A stretch of 64,000 nucleotides of DNA from Cyanobacteria bacterium P01_D01_bin.156 (GTDB lineage Bacteria; Cyanobacteriota; Cyanobacteriia; Phormidesmidales; Phormidesmidaceae), in contig JBCCQQ010000002.1 of NCBI GenBank assembly GCA_039024555.1, positions 160,001 through 224,000 of the forward strand, in the 5' to 3' direction. The position numbers and the translations under genes are program-made. The notes under the pieces were generated by a model. It was not told the DNA's origin. It was given only the letters and a program-made list of their open reading frames with translations, and did not search any database. Shown here one piece after another: positions 30,318 to 41,334 of the stretch. The stretch's first letter is position 1; every line of letters begins with the position of its first letter.

Positions 30318-32156
30318 CTATTCCCACTCATTAAAGGTGGGCGGAGCCTGTCGTTGACTAGACCGACGAGTATCTTGCCAAGCGCTACCAATGCCCTGCA
30401 AAATGCCGCGCCCCACCAAACCAATGCCGCGCCCCACCACTTCAGTCAGAACATACACGACACTACTGCCCACCAGTGCAACCAATGCCCGTACCCGTGG
30501 ACTCAACGCATCACGAGTTTCCAACAGCAGAGTCATGGCCCAGGGTAACCCAGACAACCGATCGAGTTCTGCACGCCGGGGGGCATATACGGGCGTTAGC
30601 AAAATACCGCGAGGTCCTAAGGTATATAAGCGATACTGACTTTCAAACATGGCCGTGGGGTCATTGACCAATCGATTCCAGCGATAGCGCCAGGAAAGAT
30701 CATTACGAAATCGCTCAATGTCTCGGGTGGAAATCAGCCGCCGACTATACAAACCTTTTTTGATCACCTCAACATCGGCAAGGCGATTGAGCAGGGGCTG
30801 CATTACCCCATTACCCATCTGAATTAGCAGATTTTCCAATAGTTTTTCACTGTGAGCCAACGCTTCAGGAGCTGTCGCGATGTAACTTGTACCTTCAACC
30901 ACCATGGCATCTTGAAATAGCCAGTGGGAGAGCAGTTCAGGCACTAGGGGAATGGGCTTGAGAATTTCTCGCTCGACGACTTCTTTTTCGTTATAAAGAA
31001 CCGCCACCAGTTCCTGTTCCACACCGTTCAGTGGAACCGTATAGTAGCGACCAAAAAATTCTTCTATAGTGGCCACCCACAGATCACGCAAGATTTGTGG
31101 CGATTTTTCCCGTAGCTGTCCTGGCTGGGGAACAGACTGACGTAAATCATCGAGTAAGTCTTCAAATCGACGCAGAATAATAAATAACAGCTCTCGTTTT
31201 TTATCGAGACGCAAAATATCGATTTCTAACGGCTCATCGGTGGTGTTTTGCAAGTCGGTTTGCAGCTTAGCAAACACAGCTTCGAACACCATATTCTGGA
31301 CATCACCACTGCGCAAACTCAGGGGCGCAGACTCTGGTTTAGTCAGTGCTGCCGCTGCACCTAAAGAAGAGGGCACCCCTCCAGGTCGCTGTCGAGGAGG
31401 CTCTGCTGCACGGCGAGAGAGGTTTTTGGCCCAACTAGCATCGGGGTATTGTTGGGTAGCCCAGAGCTGGCGCATACACCAGCGGGCAGCTTTAAGTTCA
31501 CGCATTTGCCCCACTAAAACCTGACGTTCCAGCCAAGGTAACCGGGGACGACGTAGGGCAGCCGTGGTTTTAGCAAGCTGTTGATCAATTTTGTCCAGGC
31601 CCGCCAGCCGCATGCTTAACCGCATGGCAGTCAGCGGTCCAGGAATTTTAGACGGTAGCTGGGGGCGTTTCGGCGTGGGTTCACGCTGGCCCCTGGCCAC
31701 AGAACGAATTAACTGAGCCAGTTCGCGCACAGGCATACTGCGGGTGCCATACCCATCAGCGCCCACTTGACGAGCGGCGGCTTCTAGCACTGGCTCTGCG
31801 CGGGCACTCAGCACCAAAACCGATAGTTTAGAAAACTCAGTTTTGATGGATTTACACAGCTGTAGCCCAGAACTGTTGACAGGGTCAGTTCCAGCCTCGT
31901 TAGCACCCAAGCCCAGATCAACAATCACCAGGTCAATGGTAGATTTTCCACGCAGGGTGGGATCGGTAAACGCTTGGGCTTGAGTGCGATCGCACTTTCT
32001 AATAATCGCTATGGCTTCAGCTGCAGTAGCTGCCTCAGCCGCGATTTGAAACCCTGGCAGCTGCTCCAACCATACCCGCAGTCCCAATCGAAAGGTGGGG
32101 TCTTCATCCACCAGCATCAATTGCAAGGGTCGTTCGCTCATGCCACCTGATTCCAT
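30318..32156 (-). CDS. Ycf55-like protein: receiver domain plus DUF3685
   Basis: N-terminal LMLVDEDP receiver; STRDIERFRNDLSW and GRGIGLVGRGILQGIG. Confidence 0.85.
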   Translation of the reverse strand: MESGGMSERPLQLMLVDEDPTFRLGLRVWLEQLPGFQIAAEAATAAEAIAIIRKCDRTQAQAFTDPTLRGKSTIDLVIVDLGLGANEAGTDPVNSSGLQLCKSIKTEFSKLSVLVLSARAEPVLEAAARQVGADGYGTRSMPVRELAQLIRSVARGQREPTPKRPQLPSKIPGPLTAMRLSMRLAGLDKIDQQLAKTTAALRRPRLPWLERQVLVGQMRELKAARWCMRQLWATQQYPDASWAKNLSRRAAEPPRQRPGGVPSSLGAAAALTKPESAPLSLRSGDVQNMVFEAVFAKLQTDLQNTTDEPLEIDILRLDKKRELLFIILRRFEDLLDDLRQSVPQPGQLREKSPQILRDLWVATIEEFFGRYYTVPLNGVEQELVAVLYNEKEVVEREILKPIPLVPELLSHWLFQDAMVVEGTSYIATAPEALAHSEKLLENLLIQMGNGVMQPLLNRLADVEVIKKGLYSRRLISTRDIERFRNDLSWRYRWNRLVNDPTAMFESQYRLYTLGPRGILLTPVYAPRRAELDRLSGLPWAMTLLLETRDALSPRVRALVALVGSSVVYVLTEVVGRGIGLVGRGILQGIGSAWQDTRRSSQRQAPPTFNEWE

Positions 32157-32213
32157 GCCACCGTTCTAGTATCTCCTATGAACTAACCCTTTTCGGTGTC
32201 GATAGAAACCAGC

Positions 32214-34088
32214 CTAGTCACGATCGTGGTCATGGGACTCCTCTTCATCGTAGGTTTCTTCTTCTTCGTAGTAGTCATCCTGTACCGCTGGAGCTCTGAG
32301 GGATTCAATATAGGCTCGCTCAGCATCCCAAATGGCAATGGAGTTACGCGCTTCACGATATAGAGCACGCCCTGGGGCAATTTGAGCAGCTACCACGATC
32401 GCATCCGATAGTCGCCCTTGGTAAGCTAGCTCCTCTGCCTCAATCAAAATAGGCCGATCCTGAGCAATCTGAATGCGCGTAATCCATTCTTGAATGGAGC
32501 TTTGGGCTTGACTGTATAGCGCCCGTCCCTCTTTAATTTTGCGCGCTTCTTTAATGGCATCCTGCAGATTACCTTTGCTAGCTAGCTCCAGCGCCTTGCT
32601 ATACAAGGGCTGGTCCTCTAGGACCTGAATCTGCTTAGTCCATTGAGCCACTTTTGTTTGGGCATCCACCCGTAGAGCCCGACCCAATTCCACCTTTTGC
32701 GCTTCTGCGATCGCAGCCTGCAGGCTAGCCTTATCTCCTTTATCAGCCAGCTGCTGCGCCCTGGCTAACAGGGGCCGATCTTCAATCCGCTGAATTTCCC
32801 TAGACCAGTGGGCGATCAGGGTTTGGGCCTGCTGCCGTTGCGGGCGCTCTGCATCAATTTTCTGAGCTTCTCCAATAGCCACCTGCAACGATGCCTTCTG
32901 ATTCAGCTTGGCCATCAATGCTGCACCATAGAGTGTTTGCAAATCCTCTAGTTGATCAGTCCATTGTTCTAGCTTGACCTCAGCCTCAAGATGAAAGGGA
33001 CTGCTACTATCAATCCCTTGGACAGCCTGAATGGCATCCATCAGATTCACAATATCTCCGTAGGTGGGCACCCACTGTTGGTTAAATGAGGCCAATCGTT
33101 GCGCATGGGCCAGCTGCACCAAATCTTTTGCCTCGGGGGCAACCTCCATATCCACCGGCACCTGCTGAATAATGGCTATGGCCCCAGCCAGATCTTCTTG
33201 CTCCCACTTCTGGAATCCATAGTTCAGCAACCTATTGGACCATTCTTCTATCAAGGGTTTAGCCTCTGGCCAGGCATGGCTTTGCACATCCATTTGCCTC
33301 ACTAGACCCAACGCTTCCGCTAGCTCATCCATGTCACCACTGTCAGCTAACGCTTGGGCTCGCAGTAGATTGCGGCGGGCATCTTCTTCTGTTTGAATGT
33401 GCTGCCCTAAATACTGGTACTGGTCTTTAAGCCAATAGTCACTGGTCAGGCGTTTAATATCCCGCAGCTGTTTACGGGCACCGCTCCAGTTTTGGTTACT
33501 GACCGCTGTTTTAACAGCGGCTAAAATCTCTTCACCCGTGGTCCATTCTTGCTGCCACTGTCCTAGGGCTGTTTTTGCCTCTTGAGAAATCTCGGCGCGC
33601 TCAGGAATATACCCCAGTAACTCCACTGCCCGCTCTAAGCTACCAGCCTGCATACGCTGCTGGGCGAACTTAAACAATCCTTTGGACCAACGGTTGGTGA
33701 CATCCTGCGAATCTTGATACAGGGGATGGCTTTCTTGCCAGTCAGCCACCAGATTTACCCCAGCGACCAGATCTTCCTCAGCACCGGAAACCGCCGCCTG
33801 ACGAGCACAGTAAAGCCGCTCGCTGTCAGCACTAAATCTAAAGATGCGATCGCAATTGGGCAAAGGGGGTAAACGCGTCATAAACGCCATCGCCCAGATT
33901 CCTAATGTGCTAGAAGCTGCCAGCAATAGCAACCATAGCAAAGGCCAAAACCACATATGACGCCGCTTGGGCGCTGAGGCGGTAGCAAGCATTGCATCTC
34001 CCTGGGAAATAGGGGAAGCAAACTGTTGTGGGTCCGTAGGCGTAGCTGTCATGAACGACGGTATCCCAGAAGATAAAGGGTCACACAA
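32214..34088 (-). CDS. Conserved cyanobacterial membrane-anchored helical-repeat protein; start uncertain
   Basis: TM segment, LPPLPNC...RLYCA, repeated AIxxAxxIxxGRALY units. Confidence 0.75.
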   Translation of the reverse strand: MCDPLSSGIPSFMTATPTDPQQFASPISQGDAMLATASAPKRRHMWFWPLLWLLLLAASSTLGIWAMAFMTRLPPLPNCDRIFRFSADSERLYCARQAAVSGAEEDLVAGVNLVADWQESHPLYQDSQDVTNRWSKGLFKFAQQRMQAGSLERAVELLGYIPERAEISQEAKTALGQWQQEWTTGEEILAAVKTAVSNQNWSGARKQLRDIKRLTSDYWLKDQYQYLGQHIQTEEDARRNLLRAQALADSGDMDELAEALGLVRQMDVQSHAWPEAKPLIEEWSNRLLNYGFQKWEQEDLAGAIAIIQQVPVDMEVAPEAKDLVQLAHAQRLASFNQQWVPTYGDIVNLMDAIQAVQGIDSSSPFHLEAEVKLEQWTDQLEDLQTLYGAALMAKLNQKASLQVAIGEAQKIDAERPQRQQAQTLIAHWSREIQRIEDRPLLARAQQLADKGDKASLQAAIAEAQKVELGRALRVDAQTKVAQWTKQIQVLEDQPLYSKALELASKGNLQDAIKEARKIKEGRALYSQAQSSIQEWITRIQIAQDRPILIEAEELAYQGRLSDAIVVAAQIAPGRALYREARNSIAIWDAERAYIESLRAPAVQDDYYEEEETYDEEESHDHDRD

Positions 34089-34389
34089 AATCTAGGACAA
34101 TCAGGCTACGTGTGAATCCTGTAAAACACACCCTTAGCCTGATTGTTTTAACGCAGAGTATCAGGCCAATAAATAGCCCATTTAGCTAAACTCGCTAACA
34201 CTTACCTCAAAAAAGCATGGGAAACATTTGTTACTAGAGCAAATTTCCCCACTATTTTGACTGGGAAAGGTATGAATTTAGAGGGTTAAACCAAAAAATT
34301 TTGCTGTCATTGTAGTGGCAATTGACAGGAATACACAGGTTTCGACAAAAACCTTTGCTTAGAAAAATATTTAGTATCTCAAAAAGACT

Positions 34390-35016
34390 ATGTACGGTGC
34401 TAATCCGCTAAACAAACACCCCATGGAAGGATTTTCACAGATTTGTTTTATCAAAAACACTGTTTCAAATCCCAACATTGTCATCGGTGATTACACTTAC
34501 TACGATGACCCCGAAGACTCAGAAAACTTTGAACGCAATGTGCTGTATCACTTTCCATTTGTGGGAGATCGATTAATCATTGGCAAGTTTTGCGCCATTG
34601 CTCGGGGTGTCAAATTCATTATGAACGGTGCAAACCATCGTCTAAATGGATTTTCTACCTATCCTTTTGAGATTTTTGGCAACGGTTGGGAACTGCCCAA
34701 CGCACCTAAGTTTCCCTACAAAGGAGATACGGTGATTGGTAATGATGTTTGGATTGGCTATGAAGCGGTGATTATGCCGGGTGTTCAGGTGGGCGACGGT
34801 GCAGTGATTGCAGCTAAGTCGGTAGTAGCTAGCAATGTTCCGCCGTACACCATTGTTGGTGGCAATCCTGCTAAATGTATTCGCCAGCGATTTGAGTCCG
34901 ATGTCATTGAAACACTACTCACAATCGCCTGGTGGAACTGGGATATTCAAAAAATTACTCGCAGCTTAGACAAAATTATCTCGGCAGATATCGAGGCCCT
35001 GCTAGCTTGCGAATAG
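34390..35016 (+). CDS. Vat/CatB-like xenobiotic O-acetyltransferase (hexapeptide repeat)
   Basis: GDYTYYDD, MNGANH, STYPF, IGNDVWIG, WWNWD. Confidence 0.9.
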   Translation: MYGANPLNKHPMEGFSQICFIKNTVSNPNIVIGDYTYYDDPEDSENFERNVLYHFPFVGDRLIIGKFCAIARGVKFIMNGANHRLNGFSTYPFEIFGNGWELPNAPKFPYKGDTVIGNDVWIGYEAVIMPGVQVGDGAVIAAKSVVASNVPPYTIVGGNPAKCIRQRFESDVIETLLTIAWWNWDIQKITRSLDKIISADIEALLACE

Positions 35017-35067
35017 AGTCAGCGAAGAATAGCTATGATTGATGCATTAGCTTAGGGAGCCTTTGGG

Positions 35068-35664
35068 ATGTCGTCAGCTACTCTAGATACTACTCAGGCC
35101 CTAGGGTTATCTCCTAAGCGTTGGACTTTGGATGAATATCATCAACTGATTGCCCAAGGATTTTTGACCTCTAAGTCTGCTGTGGAACTGATCAATGGAC
35201 AAATTATTGAAATGGTTCCGCAACAGCCACCCCATGCCGCAACGACTGATGAAGGTGGCGACTATCTGAAAGCTTTGTTTGCGGGTAAAGCTAAGGTGCG
35301 GGTGCAGCTACCGGTAACGCTGCCGCCGGATTCGGAGCCGGAACCAGATTTTGCGATTGTTAGGATCGATGAGAATTTTTATCGAGATCGCCACCCCAAC
35401 CCTGACGACATTTATCTAATTATCGAAGTTGCTGACTCTACGCTACGGAAAGATCGGCAGTACAAGTCCCAGCTCTATGCCCAGGCGGGTATTCCAGAAT
35501 ATTGGATTATCAATCTGCAACAGCATCAGGTAATTGTTTATCGACAGGGGCAAGCTGATGGGTATCAGCTGGAGCAGACGTTTGAGGCCACTGATGGGGT
35601 TCAACCCCTGGCGTTTCCAGAGCTGACAGTTGACCTTAAACGGTTATTGATTCTGGCACAGTAA
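35068..35664 (+). CDS. Uma2 family endonuclease (DUF820)
   Basis: ELINGQI, EPEPD, IEVADS, KxxLYAQAGIPEYWIIN. Confidence 0.92.
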   Translation: MSSATLDTTQALGLSPKRWTLDEYHQLIAQGFLTSKSAVELINGQIIEMVPQQPPHAATTDEGGDYLKALFAGKAKVRVQLPVTLPPDSEPEPDFAIVRIDENFYRDRHPNPDDIYLIIEVADSTLRKDRQYKSQLYAQAGIPEYWIINLQQHQVIVYRQGQADGYQLEQTFEATDGVQPLAFPELTVDLKRLLILAQ

Positions 35665-35718
35665 AGACGGTTAAAGCTCATCTTCAATAGTCACCCCAAA
35701 GCCAAAGCAGAACAACCT

Positions 35719-35749
35719 TTCCCCTCCTTGGAGGGGCCACGGGGTGGGT
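35719..35749. repeat. Small dispersed palindromic repeat at the TPR gene stop
   Basis: ttcccctcc-tt-ggaggggccacggggtgggt, resembling common cyanobacterial intergenic repeats. Confidence 0.6.
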
Positions 35750-37281
35750 CAGCCCGTAGAGGCGTCTCCCGATTCTGCTTGCAGTTCTTTGAGCATTTTC
35801 TGGGTCAGCGGATGGTCCGATAGCTCGTCAGTTTTACCGGCTTCGATTACCTGCTTGAGCAAGCCGCGAAAGTTGTTTTTATCTTGTTCAATGTAAGGGT
35901 GTTCTCGCGGGAGCGCTTTCTCATCGATTTCGATAACTCGCACATACAGCGGTTCCGCTTCGCTGTAGCGCCCCATTGACTCGTACAGCCCTGCCAAATT
36001 ATTCAGATCCGTTGCTGTACCAGGATGATCCTTACCTAACCGAGATTCATCAATTTCAATAGCACGCACATACAGCGGTTCCGCTTCGCTGTAGCGACCC
36101 ATTGACTCGTACAGCGATGCCAAATTATTTAGACTCATCGCCGTATCAGGATGCTCAGCTCCCTGTTGCGTTTCTCGGATTTCGAGCGATTTCACCAACA
36201 GCGGTTCCGCTTCACCGTAGCGCCCCATTGACTCGTACAGCAATGCCAAATTATTCAGATCCGTTGCTGTACCAGGATGATCCCTACCTAACCGAGATTC
36301 ATCAATTTCAATAGCACGCACATACAGCGGTTCCGCTTCGCCATAGCGCCCCATTGAATCGTACAGCGCTGCCAAATTATTCAGACTCGTCGCCGTATCG
36401 GGATGCTCAGCTCCCTGTTGCGTTTCTCGAATTTCGAGTGATCGCACATACAGCGGTTCCGCCTCGCTGTAGCGGCCCATTGACTCGTACAGATTTGCCA
36501 ATTCATTTAAGCTCGTTGCCGTATCAACGTGCTCAGGTCCCGACTGTGTTTCCCGTAGTTTCAAAGCTTTCTCATAGGCCGTTGCCGCCTCTGCGTAACG
36601 CACTGCTGTTTCATAAGCAGCTCCCAAATCCATATACAAGCTCGCCAATAAAGGCGACTCAGGATCTTGCGCTTCCAGCTCAGCGATTTGTTTTGAAATT
36701 GCCTCAGGGTCAACACGTGAGCTGTCCGGTGCCTCTTCTGGGGTCTCAATGCGCTTAGCAACAGACTTTTCCCCCAGCGTGACTGCAATCGGCTTAGAAA
36801 ACTCAAACACCCCACCGCGCCAGCTCCAAAAATCCGGCGAGGCCTTAGCCAACTGCCCGGCAACCTGTGGCGTTAGCCACAGCACCACCGGCACCTGAAA
36901 CTGCCGCAGGGCTTCCCGAGTCCACTGCAGCGAAAAAAACAGCTTCTCCTGGGATGATTTTTCATCCTGCCGTAGGCGAATCCCCAACAGCTCATCAGCC
37001 CCCAGCACCGTTACCACCGCATTCTGGTTAGCCAGGTCGGGCTCCTGCTGAGTCAAATTAAACAAACATTGCTTTAAGCTGTACTGCTGCTGATCAACCT
37101 TCACCCGATAGCAGCGGGTCCCCTTTTCCCCTAGCTCAGTCTCATACTGCTCAATCAGCTGAGTCCGATGCTTCCAGTTATCAGAAATCGCCATCAGCAA
37201 ACTCAACCTGCCGTAGCTGGCGTCTATCGCCAGCACCAGCTTACGAAAATTGCGTTTATTGTCTGTCGATTCTTCTGACAT
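35749..37281 (-). CDS. TPR protein (42-aa repeats) with an N-terminal degenerate P-loop-like domain
   Basis: Five near-identical LNNLAxLYESMGRYxEAEPL repeats; N-terminal VPVVLWL...PDFWSWR and no Walker A; ATG at 37281 preferred because the upstream GTG lies in a repeat. Confidence 0.85.
   Translation of the reverse strand: MSEESTDNKRNFRKLVLAIDASYGRLSLLMAISDNWKHRTQLIEQYETELGEKGTRCYRVKVDQQQYSLKQCLFNLTQQEPDLANQNAVVTVLGADELLGIRLRQDEKSSQEKLFFSLQWTREALRQFQVPVVLWLTPQVAGQLAKASPDFWSWRGGVFEFSKPIAVTLGEKSVAKRIETPEEAPDSSRVDPEAISKQIAELEAQDPESPLLASLYMDLGAAYETAVRYAEAATAYEKALKLRETQSGPEHVDTATSLNELANLYESMGRYSEAEPLYVRSLEIRETQQGAEHPDTATSLNNLAALYDSMGRYGEAEPLYVRAIEIDESRLGRDHPGTATDLNNLALLYESMGRYGEAEPLLVKSLEIRETQQGAEHPDTAMSLNNLASLYESMGRYSEAEPLYVRAIEIDESRLGKDHPGTATDLNNLAGLYESMGRYSEAEPLYVRVIEIDEKALPREHPYIEQDKNNFRGLLKQVIEAGKTDELSDHPLTQKMLKELQAESGDASTG
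35900..36530 (-). repeat. 126-bp intragenic tandem repeat, 5 copies, with an A/B alternation (252-bp higher-order unit)
   Basis: ccattga marker at 35973, 36099, 36225, 36351 and 36477. Confidence 0.9.
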
Positions 37282-37295
37282 GACACCTATATTTT

Positions 37296-37316
37296 GGTGG
37301 GCAGTGCCCACCCTAC
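37296..37316 (-). repeat. GTAG-family REP-like element
   Basis: Minus strand GTAG-GGTGGGCA-C-TGCCCACC; its TAG is the ATPase stop codon. Confidence 0.8.
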
Positions 37317-38602
37317 GATTCGATTAATTGTTTCTGTTTTAGCAGCTCTATCACGATGGGGTGGATGTCGTACCAGATGGAATCGTTCTCGTACTCCAGC
37401 ACCATCAGACCATGGAGCAACCGGGTAAATTCTTCACTCCGCGCATCGGGTGTTTCGGCAGTTTCGTAGACCGTTGCCATTAGCTTGTACAAATCACTGC
37501 CAATCTGCCGCGCAAAGTCATTACGCAGGTTACGCAGGGCAATCTTGAGCGTTTCTTGGTTAATGGTGACAACATCATCAGACTCAATGTCGATCTGCAC
37601 CATACATTCCAAACAACACTCCCGAGCCAGCCGCACAATTTCGCGTACCACCCCACCGCTCATCAGCACAATCCGACGCGCAGTTTCGGGCTCTATCAAC
37701 CCCTCAGGAATTCGCTTGTGGATCAGTTCTACAAACGTGTCCACATACTTTGCATCGGGTTCAGCACCCTGCACATGGCGATTCTCCTTGCTAAAAAACT
37801 TGGCCACTGGAAACAGCCGGGGACGCACAATACCCTCTGAATGGAGAGCGCTGAGAACCTTGGTTTCTCGAATAGCCGCAATTGGCACCGTAAAAACAAT
37901 GCGAAACCCAGGAGAAAATAGCGATTTGATGTTGTTGCGAAAGATGGCTTCGGCCAGGGGTAAGTCGAGCTTATCCAGGTCGTCAATGATGACGAGAACG
38001 GGCTGCTTTTTGACGGTTTGGATGGCGGCTGCCACTCGGTCACATTTCTGCACTAAGTCCGAAATCTTTTTAGAAAAGGTCTTTTCTAAGTCGTCGCGAA
38101 AGCTCTTTTCTTGCTTCAGGCTCAGATCGATGATTTGTAAGGCTTTAGTGCCAAAGCCCATACTCCCTTTGGTACCCTCGCTAGATACCTGCTTGCGCAC
38201 GGTAGAATTCCAACCCAGCAGCGTTTCACGCACATCCTCAGAGACGTTAATTTTTTGCTTGCTGGCATAGCTCAGCAGCTGAATGGCGATGGAGTAAAGA
38301 ATATTGGTATGGGTCACCGCCGACATCTCGATCTGGTCGGCAATGGAAAAAAAGACCACCGCATGGCTAGACTGCATATCCACCGACACCTGCTTTAGCA
38401 GCGTGGATTTTCCACAGCCGCGATGTCCCGCAAATACGAACTTGCCGTTAAGCGCAGAAGCATTAATCTCTTGACGTAGTCGCACTTGGACGTCGCGACC
38501 ATAGTCCACCCGAAATTTGTCAATATCCTTCGATTCGATCAGAGGAAACAGGTCCAGATTCTTATATGCCTGTTGAAATTTTTCCAGCCGCGTTTCGCTC
38601 AT
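37313..38602 (-). CDS. P-loop ATPase (AAA+/STAND/KAP-like)
   Basis: Walker A GHRGCGKS, Walker B VLVIIDDLDK, SGGVVREIVRL, C-terminal WYDIHP. Confidence 0.85.
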   Translation of the reverse strand: MSETRLEKFQQAYKNLDLFPLIESKDIDKFRVDYGRDVQVRLRQEINASALNGKFVFAGHRGCGKSTLLKQVSVDMQSSHAVVFFSIADQIEMSAVTHTNILYSIAIQLLSYASKQKINVSEDVRETLLGWNSTVRKQVSSEGTKGSMGFGTKALQIIDLSLKQEKSFRDDLEKTFSKKISDLVQKCDRVAAAIQTVKKQPVLVIIDDLDKLDLPLAEAIFRNNIKSLFSPGFRIVFTVPIAAIRETKVLSALHSEGIVRPRLFPVAKFFSKENRHVQGAEPDAKYVDTFVELIHKRIPEGLIEPETARRIVLMSGGVVREIVRLARECCLECMVQIDIESDDVVTINQETLKIALRNLRNDFARQIGSDLYKLMATVYETAETPDARSEEFTRLLHGLMVLEYENDSIWYDIHPIVIELLKQKQLIES

Positions 38603-38680
38603 GGCATCAGCGCTAACGTCCATAGAATTCTAATCGCACACCGTCCTTACCGCGACATCCGTTAGAGAAAGCCTAGAACG

Positions 38681-38715
38681 AAAAAGCGGCAGGTGATTAA
38701 CACCCACCGCTTTTC
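38681..38715 (-). terminator. groEL terminator
   Basis: aaaaagcgg..ggtg-attaa-cacc..ccgctttt. Confidence 0.7.
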
Positions 38716-38767
38716 GCTAACAATTAATCAATGCTCAAATACACTAACTAATTGATTGCATGGTTGC

Positions 38768-40402
<1,635 letters not shown>

Positions 40403-40461
40403 TTAACCTATGTTTCAGAACGTTTTTAGAGGGGTCTGGGGTGGGAAGGAGCGAGAGGCAC

Positions 40462-40773
40462 TTAGCCAACAACCGCAAGAATGTCCTTCTCAGATAGCAG
40501 TACATAGTCATCACCACCAAGCTTGATGTCAGTACCGGCATACTTGGAATAAAGCACCTTATTGCCAACTTCCACATCAGGAGCCTGACGAGCACCGTCA
40601 TCACCGCGCTTACCAGGGCCTACAGCAGTGACTTCGCCAACCTGAGGCTTTTCCTTAGCTGTATCAGGTAGCAAAATACCACCAGCGGTCTTTTCTTCAG
40701 ACGCACTGACTTTAATAAGAACGCGATCACCTAGGGGAGTGACGCTCGAAACACTCAAAGAAATGGCTGCCAT
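40462..40773 (-). CDS. groES: Co-chaperonin GroES
   Basis: [28 protein letters not shown]. Confidence 0.98.
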   Translation of the reverse strand: MAAISLSVSSVTPLGDRVLIKVSASEEKTAGGILLPDTAKEKPQVGEVTAVGPGKRGDDGARQAPDVEVGNKVLYSKYAGTDIKLGGDDYVLLSEKDILAVVG

Positions 40774-40902
40774 AGTTTTCTCCGAACTCTGATAGATCAA
40801 TCATTCGGCAATTTGCATCGAGGCGGACTAAACCCACCTGAGCAGTCCCTTTTACCCACTGAAGTAGCGTTACAGGGAAAGAAGCTGCGACCTAAACACG
40901 GT

Positions 40903-40929
40903 TTAGCACTCTCCATTGCCGACTGCTAA
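40903..40929. promoter_or_regulatory. CIRCE element (HrcA operator) of groESL
   Basis: TTAGCACTC-N9-GACTGCTAA, one mismatch to the consensus. Confidence 0.9.
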
Positions 40930-40957
40930 TTTATCGTTTACAGAAGAGTCATCGCAA
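40928..40957 (-). promoter_or_regulatory. Probable sigma70-type promoter of groESL
   Basis: Minus strand TTGCGA-N18-TAAATT, abutting the CIRCE. Confidence 0.6.
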
Positions 40958-40968
40958 TACATCTATCG

Positions 40969-40984
40969 GTACGGGTTCCCGTAC
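40969..40984 (-). promoter_or_regulatory. K-box upstream of groESL
   Basis: GTACGG-GAAC-CCGTAC against the consensus GTTCGG-NNAN-CCNNAC, just upstream of the -35. Confidence 0.75.
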
Positions 40985-41018
40985 TCAAGCCAGACTCGTT
41001 AGACCAGAGAAGCTTCAG

Positions 41019-41064
41019 CGCAAAAGGGCCTGAGCTGCCGATCGGCAGCTCAGGCCCTTTTGCG
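41019..41064. repeat. 46-bp perfect palindrome with no loop
   Basis: cgcaaaagggcctgagctgccga|tcggcagctcaggcccttttgcg. Confidence 0.92.
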
Positions 41065-41334
41065 TAATTTACGCATTCGTTAGATGCCACAAATTATTGA
41101 ACCAGCAACTTGATACGTAATATCACGTATTTTCAATAAAAATTGATGTCTCTTTTTGATAAAGATTACGTGCTTATACATAAGTATTTTCTGAAAAAAT
41201 GACATCCTTAAATGCAAGAAAACCTATTGAAATCAAGAAATTTAAAACCATTTCAACTCTTTTTTTCAGTGCGTGACCGAGAAAAAGACCAGTATTTTTT
41301 GATACATCCAATCAATTACATAGAGCTTTTGAAT

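Noticed and set aside
35900..36530. Regularly spaced repeats as a possible CRISPR array
   Set aside because: Units are contiguous in-frame 126-bp coding repeats with no unique spacers, and no cas genes are present
37282..37311. N-terminal extension MGTAHQNIGV of the TPR protein
   Set aside because: The GTG start lies inside the REP-like palindrome; ATG at 37281 is more plausible
37485..38270. 261-aa plus-strand ORF
   Set aside because: Antisense shadow of the ATPase gene, with no recognisable motifs
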